Positions 53,023 through 64,000 of a stretch of DNA of 64,000 bases are shown piece by piece. This stretch comes from Eledone cirrhosa (taxonomy: Eukaryota): the NCBI GenBank assembly GCA_964016885.1, contig OZ024754.1:31372001-31436000 (forward strand), written 5' to 3'. The notes under the pieces were generated by a model that made no database searches, was not told the origin of the DNA, and worked only from the letters and a program-made list of their open reading frames with translations. How positions within the stretch are numbered: position 1 is the stretch's first letter; the number at the start of each line of letters is the position of its first letter. The position numbers were made by a program, and so were the translations under genes.

Positions 53023-53948
53023 ATTTTGATTATGTGAACGTCTTCATTTATTAATATTTTGAATAATATTACTAACTCCAGAAAACTTTCTGTAGAGTGC
53101 TTTTAATCTATTGTAAAACTATATTCATTGAGTAATCAATGAACCATATTAATCTTTGGTTATATATATATATATATATATATAGTGTGTCCAAAAAGTC
53201 ACTAGGGTATTTAAACATTTATTATAATATATATGCATGGTTTTTCTGCCTATAATTAGAAATCATTACTATTATACATGCATGATATTTGACTTTTTAA
53301 TACTTGGCTGATTTTTGGGACACCCACACCCTGTATATATTAACATTGTATTCTTCAGACTAAATCCTCAAAAGCCACCCTAATATTGTTGCTGTGATTG
53401 TTTCAATCCCAGTAAATCTGAGGACATATATCATATTTGTTGTGTTATCACTATTGGTATGTCACTATATCCCAGATCCCAGGTGATATAGGGAGACACT
53501 GCTAATATTTCGAGTATTGATGTGTGCCCTAAATCACAGGAGATATAGGGAGACACTGACTGTATTTTGACAATTGATGTGTGCCCTAAATCCCAGGAGA
53601 TATAGGAGACACTGGTTGTATTATGATTATTGATGTGTCCTTATATCCCAGTAGATGAGGGTAGACAGTGGTTGTATTTTAACCACATGTGCCTTCCCAA
53701 TATCCCAAAAGATACAAGTACACATCAATAGTTACAATACAACAGGTATTTTCTTGTGTTTGCTGAAATATAGGGACATGTATTTTGACTGTTGCTGTGT
53801 TCCCTATATCCCTAGATACAGAGAACATTGGTTGTATTGGGGACATTAGTGTATCTCAATTTCCAGGACACCATTGGAGTGGTCCTTTATATCACAGCAG
53901 ATAAAGGATCACGTCCACCAGTTGTTTTTCATTTGGTGTTTTCACCAT

Positions 53949-54164
53949 TCAGCTATCACAGTAGCAGAATTTCTTCAGGGCTAATTCATCTATACACCTG
54001 GACTGGTTTCCATAGCTGCTTACTCGACTGATCTCATTCATTAAGCTAAAGGTGTCTTCTTGTTCATTAAATCTGGCTGTCACCTCAAATAAAGCTTCAC
54101 CTGGGCTGGTTTTCACCATCAGTTGGTAATCAACAATAGCACTGACACGGCTACCATAGTAGAC
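53949..54164 (-). CDS. DUF229 protein, last coding exon (VYYGSRV...TSPGEALFEVT...KKFCYCDS*)
   Basis: TAG acceptor, 72 codons ending in TGA; typical DUF229 C-terminus. Not present in the ORF track. Confidence 0.9.
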   Translation of the reverse strand, partial: VYYGSRVSAIVDYQLMVKTSPGEALFEVTARFNEQEDTFSLMNEISRVSSYGNQSRCIDELALKKFCYCDS

Positions 54165-57100
54165 CTAACAAAAGACAGAAAGAAGAAATAAAAACATTAC
54201 AGAAATGATGTCTCTTGTGAAAAAATATCTCAGAGTGACCAGGTCACAGACAGTGTAACAGAATATCTCAGAGTCTACTGTCTTAGTGACTAGGTCACAG
54301 ACAGTGTAACATAATATCTCAGAGTCTACTGTCTTAGTGACTAGGTCACAGACAGTGTAACAGAATATCTCAGAGTCTACTGTCTTAGTGACTAGGTCAC
54401 AGACAGTGTAACAGAATATCTCAGAGTCTACTGTCTTAGTAACTAGGTCACAGACAGTGTAACATAATATCTCAGAGTCTACTGTCTTAGTGACCAGGTC
54501 ACAGACAGTGTAACAGAATATCTCAGAGTCTACTGTCTTAGTGACCAGGACACAGACAGTGTAACAGAATATCTCAGAGTCTACTGTCTTAGTGACTAGG
54601 TCACAGACAGTGTAATAGAATATCTCAGAGTCTACTGTCTTAGTGACTAGGTCACAGACAGTGTAACAGAATATCTCAGAGTCTACTGTCTTAGTGACTA
54701 GGACACAGACAGTGTAACAGAATATCTCAGAGTCTACTGTCTTAGTGACTAGGTCACAGACAGTGTAACAGAATATCTCAGAGTCTACTGTCTTAGTGAC
54801 CAGGACACAGACAGTGTAACAGAATATCTCAGAGTCTACTGTCTTAGTGACCAGGTCACAGACAGTGTATCAGAATATCTCAGAGTCTACTGTCTTAGTG
54901 ACCAGGACACAGACAGTGTAACAGAATATCTCAGAGTCTACTGTCTTAGTGACCAGGTCACAGACAGTGTAACAGAATATCTCAGAGTCTACTGTCTTAG
55001 TGACTAGGTCACAGACAGTGTAATAGAATATCTCAGAGTCTACTGTCTTAGTGACTAGGTCACAGACAGTGTAACAGAATATCTCAGAGTCTACTGTCTT
55101 AGTGACTAGGTCCCAGACAGTGTAACAGAATATCTCAGAGTCTACTGTCTTAGTGACCAGGTCACAGACAGTGTATCAGAATATCTCAGAGTCTACTGTC
55201 TTAGTGACTAGGTCACAGACAGTGTAACAGAATATCTCAGAGTCTACTGTCTTACTGACTAGGTCACAGACAGTGTAACAGAATATCTCAGAGTCTACTG
55301 TCTTAGTGACTAGGTCACAGACAGTGTAACAGAATATCTCAGAGTCTACTGTCTTAGTGACTAGGTCACAGACAGTGTAACAGAATATCTCAGAGTCTAC
55401 TGTCTTAGTGACCAGGACACAGACAGTGTAACAGAATATCTCAGAGTCTACTGTCTTAGTGACCAGGTCACAGACAGTGTATCAGAATATCTCAGAGTCT
55501 ACTGTCTTAGTGACCAGGACACAGACAGTGTAACAGAATATCTCAGAGTCTACTGTCTTAGTGACCAGGTCACAGACAGTGTAACAGAATATCTCAGAGT
55601 CTACTGTCTTAGTGACTAGGTCACAGACAGTGTAATAGAATATCTCAGAGTCTACTGTCTTAGTGACTAGGTCACAGACAGTGTAACAGAATATCTCAGA
55701 GTCTACTGTCTTAGTGACTAGGTCCCAGACAGTGTAACAGAATATCTCAGAGTCTACTGTCTTAGTGACCAGGTCACAGACAGTGTATCAGAATATCTCA
55801 GAGTCTACTGTCTTAGTGACTAGGTCACAGACAGTGTAACAGAATATCTCAGAGTCTACTGTCTTAGTGACTAGGTCACAGACAGTGTAACAGAATATCT
55901 CAGAGTCTACTGTCTTAGTGACCAGGACACAGACAGTGTAACAGAATATCTCAGAGTCTACTGTCTTAGTGACTAGGTCACAGACAGTGTAACAGAATAT
56001 CTCAGAGTCTACTGTCTTAGTGACTAGGTCACAGACAGTGTAACAGAATATCTCAGAGTCTACTGTCTTAGTGACCAAGTCACAGACAGTGTAACAAAAT
56101 ATCTCAGAGTCTACTTTTGTCTTTCATTCTTACTGGGTGGATAAAATAAAGTACCAGTAACATACTGGAGTCGATTTAATCGACTTTCCCCTTCCCTTCA
56201 AATTACTGGCTTTGTGCCTAAATTAGAAACAACTATTATAGATCATCTCTAAAAACAGCACTGCACATTTGAGTTCAAATCCCACTGAGGTGAACTTGCT
56301 ATACTTTTGGTGTTGATACAATAAATTGCTAGTGTAGCGAAGTGACTATATATCTCCCTGCAAATAAAGTACCAGTGATGCACTGGGGTAATCGCTGGCC
56401 TTGTGCCAAAAGTAGAAACTAAGGGCGGTGGATTGGCAGTATCGGTAGAGCATCAGACGCCATGCTTTGCAGCATAGAGTTACGGCCCTTTGCGACCTGA
56501 GTTCAAATCCGCCGAGGTTAAACTTTGCCTTTGTATCTTTATGAGGTCGATAAAATAAAAGTACCAGTGATGCACTGGGGTAATTGCTGGCCTTGTGCCA
56601 AAAGTAGAAACTATATATCTCCCTGCCACCACCACCCGAAGACAATGCCCTTCATCCATTCCAGGTTGATAAAGAAGTACCATTCAAGTACTGAGGTCGA
56701 TCCTTCCTCCATATCTCTCTCACTTTCTATCTCCCCCACCCCCCACCCCAAGAAATCTGTTATATTCAGACCTGGGGAGGGGATGGGCTCTGCCAGATCT
56801 TAAAAAAATGCCCTAGATACGCTGATGTCAATATGGTGGTGGTGGTGGTGGTGATGGTGGTGGTACTGCTGGTGGTGGTGCTGGTGGTGGTGGTGGTGAT
56901 GGTAGCGGTGGTGATGGTGGTGGTGGTGGTGGTGATGGTAGCGGTGGTGATGGTGCTGCTGGTGGTGGTGATGGTGCTGGTGGTGGTGGTGGTGGGAGTG
57001 GTGCTGGTGGTGGTGGTGGGAGTGGTGCTGCTGGTGGTGGTGGTGGTGGTGGTGGTGGTGATGGTAGCGGTGGTGATGTTGGGAGTGGTGCTGGTGGTGG

Positions 57101-60100
57101 TGATGGTAGCGGTGGTGCTGCTGCTGGTGGTGGTGGTGGTGGTGGGAGTGGTGCTGCTGGTGGTGTTCGTGGTGGTGCTGCTGCTGGTGGTGGTGGTGGT
57201 GGTGATGGTAGTGGTGGTGATGGTGGGAGTGGTGCTGCTAGCGGTGGTGGTGGTGGTCGTGCTGGTGGTCGTGGTGGTGTTGCTGCTGCTGGTGGTGGTG
57301 GTGGTGGTGGTGGTGGTGATGGTAGCGGTGGTGCTGCTGCTGGTGGTGGTGGTGGTGCTGCTGGTGGTGGTGGTCGTGGTGGTGCTGCTGCTGGTGATGG
57401 TAGTGGTGGTGGTGGTGGTGGTGGTCATGGTGGTGAGCTGCTGCTGGTGGTGGTGGGAGTGGTGCTGCTGGTGGTGGTGGTGGTGGTAGTGGTAGCGGTG
57501 GTGATGGTGATGGTAGTGGTGCTGGTGCTGGTGGTGGGGGTGGAGGGGAATATGAAGGTGAAACCAAAAGCACTAATTTATAACTGAAAACTCCAGCAGA
57601 TGTCACCCCCCCCCTTCCTCCCCCAGTTGCGACATATATGAAATAACATAAATTAAGTTAATGACATTCTTCGTTAAGAAATTACAAGAAATTGGTGGAG
57701 TTGGCGAAAACAGGATATAACTACTTAAAGGTTCTCTGGAGAAATGTAATAGTGGAGGCAGTAGTAGTGGTGGTTGTGGTAGTAGTACTGGCGGTGGTGG
57801 TGGTGTTGGTGGTAGTGGTTGTGGTGTTGGTGGTAGTGGTTGTGGTGTTGGAGGTAGTGGTTGTGGTATTGGAGGTAGTGGTTGTGGTGTTGGTGGTAGT
57901 GGTTGTGGTGTTGGTGGTAGTGGTTGTGGTGTTGGAGGTAGTGGTTGTGGTGTTGGTGGTAGTGGTTGTGGTGTTGGTGGTAGTGGTTGTGGTGTTGGAG
58001 GTAGTGGTTGTGGTGTTGGTGGTAGTGGTTGTGGTGTTGGAGGTAGTGGTTGTGGTGTTGGTGGTAGTGGTTGTGGTGTTGGAGGTAGTGGTTGTGGTGT
58101 TGGTGGTAGTGGTTGTGGTGTTGGTGGTAGTGGTTGTGGTGTTGGAGGTAGTGGTTGTGGTGTTGGTGGTGGTGGTAGTGGTTGTGACAATGTCATCATC
58201 ATTATCACTTGTTGGGAAGGGTTGGACTTTATGTAAGCAAAAATATTTGTAAATACATTGAAATATGATTTACCATCAGAACTTGGTTAGTTTCCCCACA
58301 AAATAAACTTCAGAAAATATGCCACAGTTATTTATTGACAGAGGTCAAGGACGTCCCCCCCCCCCCGATAATGTTTGCCACTTATTATCATTACTAGGTC
58401 GTTACCAGTCATACGTACGCTCACACGCACTACATAAATATGTACATACATACACTCACATACATATATACTTGCATACATACAGATACATATATACACA
58501 CACACATATACATGCTTGAATACATACATTTACTTATCATAATCAATATTAGCATTTTCTAATAAAATCAATATTTCAATGTATTTTAATTTGTTTTATT
58601 TTATTTTTTAATAAATTAATTTTAAAAACAGCAACTCTACCTTCTGGTTCAGCACATCATTCAAACTTTTCTGAAATCTTAAAATTTTATCAGTTGGCAG
58701 TTGCTTGGTAGCATCAGAAATGGCTTGGACTTGTAACAGGGCACACTTCTCTCTAAATGGGAGAGTTAATTTATTGATCTTGTCCACGAGGCTCTGTGCT
58801 ATCTTCTCGACAACTTTGTCAGTCACGTCGACAGACACCTGCTTTAGGCATGTGCACCAGTGAGGTGCGATACTTGCATTGGCACAGGAACGAGATTTAG
58901 GCACCTCTCGGAACACACTGATGCCTCTCTGTTTCACAGATGCCTCGCGTACCTGGGGAAAGAAACACAAAAATAATATAAGGATTCAAATAAGAGGATT
59001 TAACCCTTTTAATATCAAATTACTTGAAAATGTCCTCGATTTTTATGATACAGAACTGTTTGAATATATCATCATCATCAACATTTGATATTCATTTTTC
59101 CATGCTAGCATGGGTTAGACGAGTTGTCTCGATTTGAGAGACAAATCAGATTAGATGACCATGTCTTGCTCATGCAAAACTGCTTTTGGCTTGGTTTCTA
59201 TGACCAAATACCCTTCCTAAAACCAACCACATTTTGGAAATATACTTATCTAAAACCCCTCCATCACAATTTTATGTAGGCACCTATATTAAGTTGTGTA
59301 CACCAGCTAAATAATGAGAAAAGGATGACCCATCCAATCCTTGCTAGCAAAGAATACAGACATTGAATGTAACTGTTGCTAGCAGAGAAAACATACGTTA
59401 AATGATGATGATACCCATATATATCTAATACTACAATATCCATGTAGTATTAGATATGTTTTTTTAAAGAAAGTAGAGTATGATTTAAAGATAATTTATC
59501 TGCTATTTCTAGCATGTCTAGTGACCACATAAAAGCTCCCTTGTTGACTTGGTATTTATTTTCAGTGAATTTCATGGGCCATAAATTTTCATCTTATTTG
59601 CAGCCTCTTGAACTGTAGCGCCATTAAAATGGTGCCAAATTTGACTGTTGAGTCATCACAAATCTATAAACCTCATTCAGTTCAAACTAAAATATTTGAA
59701 TTCTTTGTGCAGTTTAATTTCCATTGTACAGTGGCCGTTGTATAGCAGGAAATATGTGTGCACAAATATGCAAAGACCCGCAACTAAGAGGAAACATTCT
59801 CTGTGTGCATTTCATGCAGCTGATTCTTGTGATCTACCAAACCATATTCCAATGCATGTGTTCTGGTTGGTTCGTGTTGAGGAAGAATGAGTGTGATGGA
59901 AATGAATGTGGAAGGAAATAGAGAAAGGAGAAGACCAAGAAAGATGAAGGAAGAAATGAAAGCTAGGTGGTTGGAGAGGGGGTCACAAAAGATAGGATAA
60001 AATGGAGAATCCTGTCATGAGGTCTGCAACCCTGTTTTATAAAAAAATAAAATGGTTTTAACCCTTTCATGACTATATTTCTAATGAAATACACTCTATT

Positions 60101-62197
60101 GAAATTAATTATGAATTTACTGAAATTTTTTCATTATTAATATAGTAATATAACATATGGTTCTTACATAAAATTATTTTTGAAGATTTTCATTTAAATT
60201 AGAACCCTTCAAAATGGGTGGTTTTGTCTCATAAAACCAGAGTCAGTTTTCGCCAGGTTGGTAAGGAAAGGGTTAAACAAAGTTAATCGAGTAAGGTATT
60301 TACTAAATTATTAACTATTTCATTACTAAGACTAGCAGAAAAACTACCCTCATGATATGATACATAAATTGTCTTCACTGGTGGCTTGCCTAATTGAAGT
60401 AACTGGTGATGTTCGAAGGTACTTGGTTGTTCCAGCGCATCAGCCTTGTCATCACCCGAGGAAACACTGCAAGTGTTCTGGCTTGCCTCAAAAATTATTA
60501 GAGAGGTTTTGCAGTGCTCCTCGTGATATCAGTATCTTTTGTTCTGGCACCCCTTTCACCTGCCTTTTGTTGTATGTGGTCCTAGATGTGTGTATTACCT
60601 GCTTGTGTGTTTTATCTATGACACAGGTGTTACATTTAGAGAGGTGAGTCTTAAAATGTTCTTACCTGTCCCATTAACATCTATGACACAGGTGCTATAT
60701 TTAGAGAGGCGAGTGTAAAAATGTTCTTACCTGTCCATCAAAATATAAGATGTCCACAAGTGTTTCATATATATCAAAAGGTGTAGTCAGATGGTTAGCA
60801 TTAGTTCTTAAAACTTTGTCCAGGTGAGGGTAACGTTTTTTAAACCAAGGTGGAAATATCAGAAACATAAAAGGTAAACGTTCTTCCAATTTACCCAGGT
60901 AAGTTGTACGAAACTTTCCAAACCTTGATCCATGATCACTATAGAAGAATACAACTGTGTTGTTAAGATGTCCTTCTTCAGACATTGTTTTGAAGAACTG
61001 TAAATATGGTTCATCTGCATAACCGACATTGTTAATATTTGAATGTGTGAGACCAGTTATAAACGCAAAACCAAAGTGAGGCTTATCACGATACGTTTTA
61101 CTGAAGTCATAGACATAACGTAAAACAAAGTCAGTCTCTAAACGATCTAAAATACAATGTTGGTTGGTCCAAAGATTTTTACTTCGTTGCAAGGCCAGAA
61201 AAATTGGCCTGTTGTAGTGATCACAGGGGGGTTCATGAAACCCAGCTTTCAAGTAATTAAAAATAGAGATGGCAGGAGCATCTTCAGCATAAAGAGTCAT
61301 GTAACCATTGTTAGAGAAATTTTTCCAGATGAACGAATAGTTGTCAAATGGTTTGCGGGAGAGTTTCTCAGTCCAAGGCAGCTCTTTAACATATCGACCA
61401 GCAGTCAGTGGGACGACATTTACAAACGTGTTATCAGCTACTTTATTGTAACCAGCCAGTTCATAGGCTCCAAGTGACTCCAGTATGTACTTGCGTGTAT
61501 GTTTCATTTGCCGAATGAAATTGAGTCGAGAAACAGAATCCACTCCAATCATTAAGACATTGAAATTCTCTTTAAGTTTTGGATTTCTTTTCTGGTGTTT
61601 ATGGAAGTATTTAGATCTCCGTTTTACTAAGTTCTTGTCCCGGATGATAAATGAGTGAAAGTTGCTGTACATAAGCCCACCACTTTCACTGTAACACACA
61701 ACTCGAACAAACTCATGCCTGCTCTTTGTATCATTTGTAAACCACACTCCATTTGGTACATATTCAAATTTAAAGTCTGATTTATCTTTCGGTCGAACTA
61801 TCGTCTGGTACTGGCATCGTTTGAAGTCCCTTAGTCCATAATATTTTATGGCTGTCCTATTAATTCTAATGTAATTATCTTCTTGGTAGGTTAACACAGG
61901 TTTGTCAGGACACTGTAACACTCCATTCAGCTTTATATAAGCTCTGACAGAAGGTTCAAATGGATTAAGATTTGGAATTCGGCAGTTTTCTGTTTCAACC
62001 AAAAACCCAGTGTACTCCAAGGAGTTTTGTGCTAAGTGAAATATTTTATCGATATCTCCACTGGCCGACAATATAACATGATGTGGGGGCATATATACAG
62101 TGAAGCTGAGAAATATCACCAAAGATATGGACAGGAGACATAGAAATAGGTTTTGATAATTTATTCGTCCTGATATTCTCCCATCATGTTGGCGAAA
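53949..62197 (-). CDS. DUF229-family protein (alkaline phosphatase/sulfatase-like superfamily), type II membrane anchor; 3 coding exons, start exon not located
   Basis: Spliced frame of 664 aa plus stop, with an N-terminal hydrophobic stretch (LFLCLLSISLVIFLSFTVY) and motifs NVLMIGVDSVSRLNFIR, YNKVADNT, FYSDHGSRFG, EERLPF, LTTPFDIYETL, HWCTC, and C-terminal KKFCYC. Confidence 0.9.
54225..56114. repeat. 51-bp minisatellite, about 37 copies
   Basis: Unit AGTGACTAGGTCACAGACAGTGTAACAGAATATCTCAGAGTCTACTGTCTT. Confidence 0.97.
56833..58185. repeat. (GGT)n cryptic triplet repeat (56833-57545) and a 21-bp GGTAGTGGTTGTGGTGTTGG(T/A) array (about 57755-58185)
   Basis: Read directly; both lie in a DUF229 intron. 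Confidence 0.93.
58641..58952 (-). CDS. DUF229 protein, internal exon (VREASVKQRGISVFREVPKSRSC...LNQK)
   Basis: CAG acceptor, GTAGAG donor, phase 0-0; RSCxxAxIxxHWCTC motif. Confidence 0.92.
60731..62197 (-). CDS. DUF229 protein, large exon
   Basis: TTTTTCAG acceptor at 62198-62199, open frame of 489 codons (covers ORF 60701..62122), GTAAGA donor at 60730. Confidence 0.92.
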
Positions 62198-63432
62198 CTG
62201 AAAAATACAAACAAAAAAAATCAGTGAAAGTTAATCACTGATAAATCAATGACTATTATAAGTCTGTGACAGCATCGAGGGTACAAATGAAACTTGTTGA
62301 AAAAATTTAACACGGTCTCTGATGTTGCATGATATGCCTAAAACTAAAGGTGAAAAATTAGTTGGAATATGAACTTTGTGACCATCTATTTCCGGGGTGT
62401 TTAGGGCCTGGGCAATGATTGGTCAGTGGAAAAACTTCAAAAGTACCCTTGAGATGCTGTTATAGACTGTAAAGACAAAACAAAACACACACATATATAT
62501 GCTTGTATACATACGCATACACATGTGTATATATGTGTGTGCCGGCATGGAGAGTGGACGTAAAATGTTGGAGATGATATATATATATACATATAAACAT
62601 ATATGTACACGTGTGTATTTATATATATATATACTCTCACACATACATACTCATACTCTCTAAAACCATATTCCAAAAATAGAATTTCTTTTACAACCCT
62701 ACATTTGCCAATCCCATTTACCTCTCTCACCCATAGAATTTGTCTCCAGCTTACATTTCCCCTCCTCGCCACCCCCATCTGAACTCTTGACCAGTCCATT
62801 AACACAATTGAGATACACACACATATATACATAAAATTTCCCTCTCCCTAAAAATAATTTTGTTCTATGTAAAAAAACACAACTATCACCGCTGCCACCA
62901 CTACTACTACTACTATGACTACCTCTTTCTCTATATACAGTATAAGATTCCATTTTGGATTCAGTCTTCTTCTTAGCAAGAAAAATGAACAAACCTGCCT
63001 CAACAATTAATTTTAAATCTTTAATTCTTTTTAAGTGTAATACTCAACATTTGATAAGATATATTTCACTGATACATCGAAACCGGTTATATTTTATATA
63101 CATTATAAAACTCCTTTTAAAAAAAATTGTTCCTTTCATTTTTTCAATAATGTCACTTTGACGAACCAAAGAAGAACAAAAGAAAAACAGATCCTTTAAC
63201 CCATTACCATTTACATTGCCCTATATTTACTATTGTATTTTCACGGTAAACACTTTATTTCATATAAATATATCACATAATATCGTATCTATGAGATTTC
63301 TATATTATTTATTTTGAGAACAATACCTTAACACAAGTATGAATGTCCAGTTATGGCTGGTTTGAACAGAAAGAAGTGAGAGAATTCTGGCCGGTTATGG
63401 CCGGTTTAAATATACTTTTCATGCTATTTCCA

Positions 63433-63463
<31 letters not shown>

Positions 63464-63501
63464 AAATAGATCCTTTAAATATACTTTTCATGCTATTTCC
63501 A

Positions 63502-63532
<31 letters not shown>

Positions 63533-63570
63533 AAATAGATCCTTTAAATATACTTTTCATGCTATTTCCA

Positions 63571-63601
<31 letters not shown>

Positions 63602-63783
63602 AAATAGATATATATAAAATAGATCCTTTAAATATACTTTTAATACTATTTCCAATTCCACTCTCTCTCTCTCTATATATATATATATTATGTGTGAGCA
63701 TACATGAACCCGTATGTGTGTGTTTTTATGTCTGTGTGTATGTAGATGAGTATGTGCACTTCAACATCTCTTCTCTATCTCCT

Positions 63784-63960
63784 CTCTATATATAAAACGG
63801 AAGATGTCTGTCTGTGTGTGTGTATGATTTTTATGCATTTCCACATTTCTCTACCGATTTCGATGATTTCTTTTCCAATGTGCTCCAAATTTACCAAGGA
63901 TGGTCAGCGCGTAATAAACTTTGCCAAACATTTCCTGCTTCTATGAAAAAAATTGATAAA
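63784..63960 (+). mobile_element. Helitron-like 5' end fragment
   Basis: TCTATATATAAAA start followed by GTCTGTCTGTGTGTG and ACCGATTTCGATG, typical of non-autonomous Helitron 5' ends. Confidence 0.5.
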
Positions 63961-64000
63961 ACTAAATACATGCTGTAACCCTCTCTCTTACACGCTTATT

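Noticed and set aside
56766-58252. Thr-, Val-, His- and Pro-rich ORFs
   Set aside because: (GGT)n-type low-complexity DNA within a DUF229 intron; the flanking exons join in phase without it.
61157-61477. 106-aa plus-strand ORF
   Set aside because: Antisense shadow of the DUF229 exon.

Overview
This is AT-rich, repeat-dense animal genomic DNA. The SINE/MITE motifs suggest a coleoid cephalopod such as Octopus, but that is an inference. There are two convergent spliced genes. (1) On the + strand, the 3' portion of PSME4/PA200 (proteasome activator subunit 4, Blm10 family): 25 phase-consistent GT-AG exons from 52 to 31917 giving about 1040 aa, ending in the HbYX motif ...VSPNYYA*, followed by a probable 3'-UTR intron. 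(2) On the - strand, a DUF229-family membrane-anchored protein (alkaline-phosphatase/sulfatase superfamily) with three coding exons (62197-60731, 58952-58641, 54164-53949); its start exon was not found. Introns and intergenic DNA hold CR1, RTE and CRE LINE remnants, two tRNA-derived SINE families, piggyBac-, hAT-, mariner- and Tigger-like MITEs, Helitrons, a non-coding Gypsy-like LTR element, and several 0.7-2.3 kb minisatellites. Almost all long ORFs in the track are repeat artefacts. The most notable observations are a divergent family of Penelope-type minimal hammerhead ribozyme cassettes in inverted arrangement next to (TA)n tracts with a covarying palindromic stem III, minisatellites born from transposon sub-parts, tandem duplications of real splice sites, a branched perfect hairpin element, and a possible HDV-like pseudoknot.
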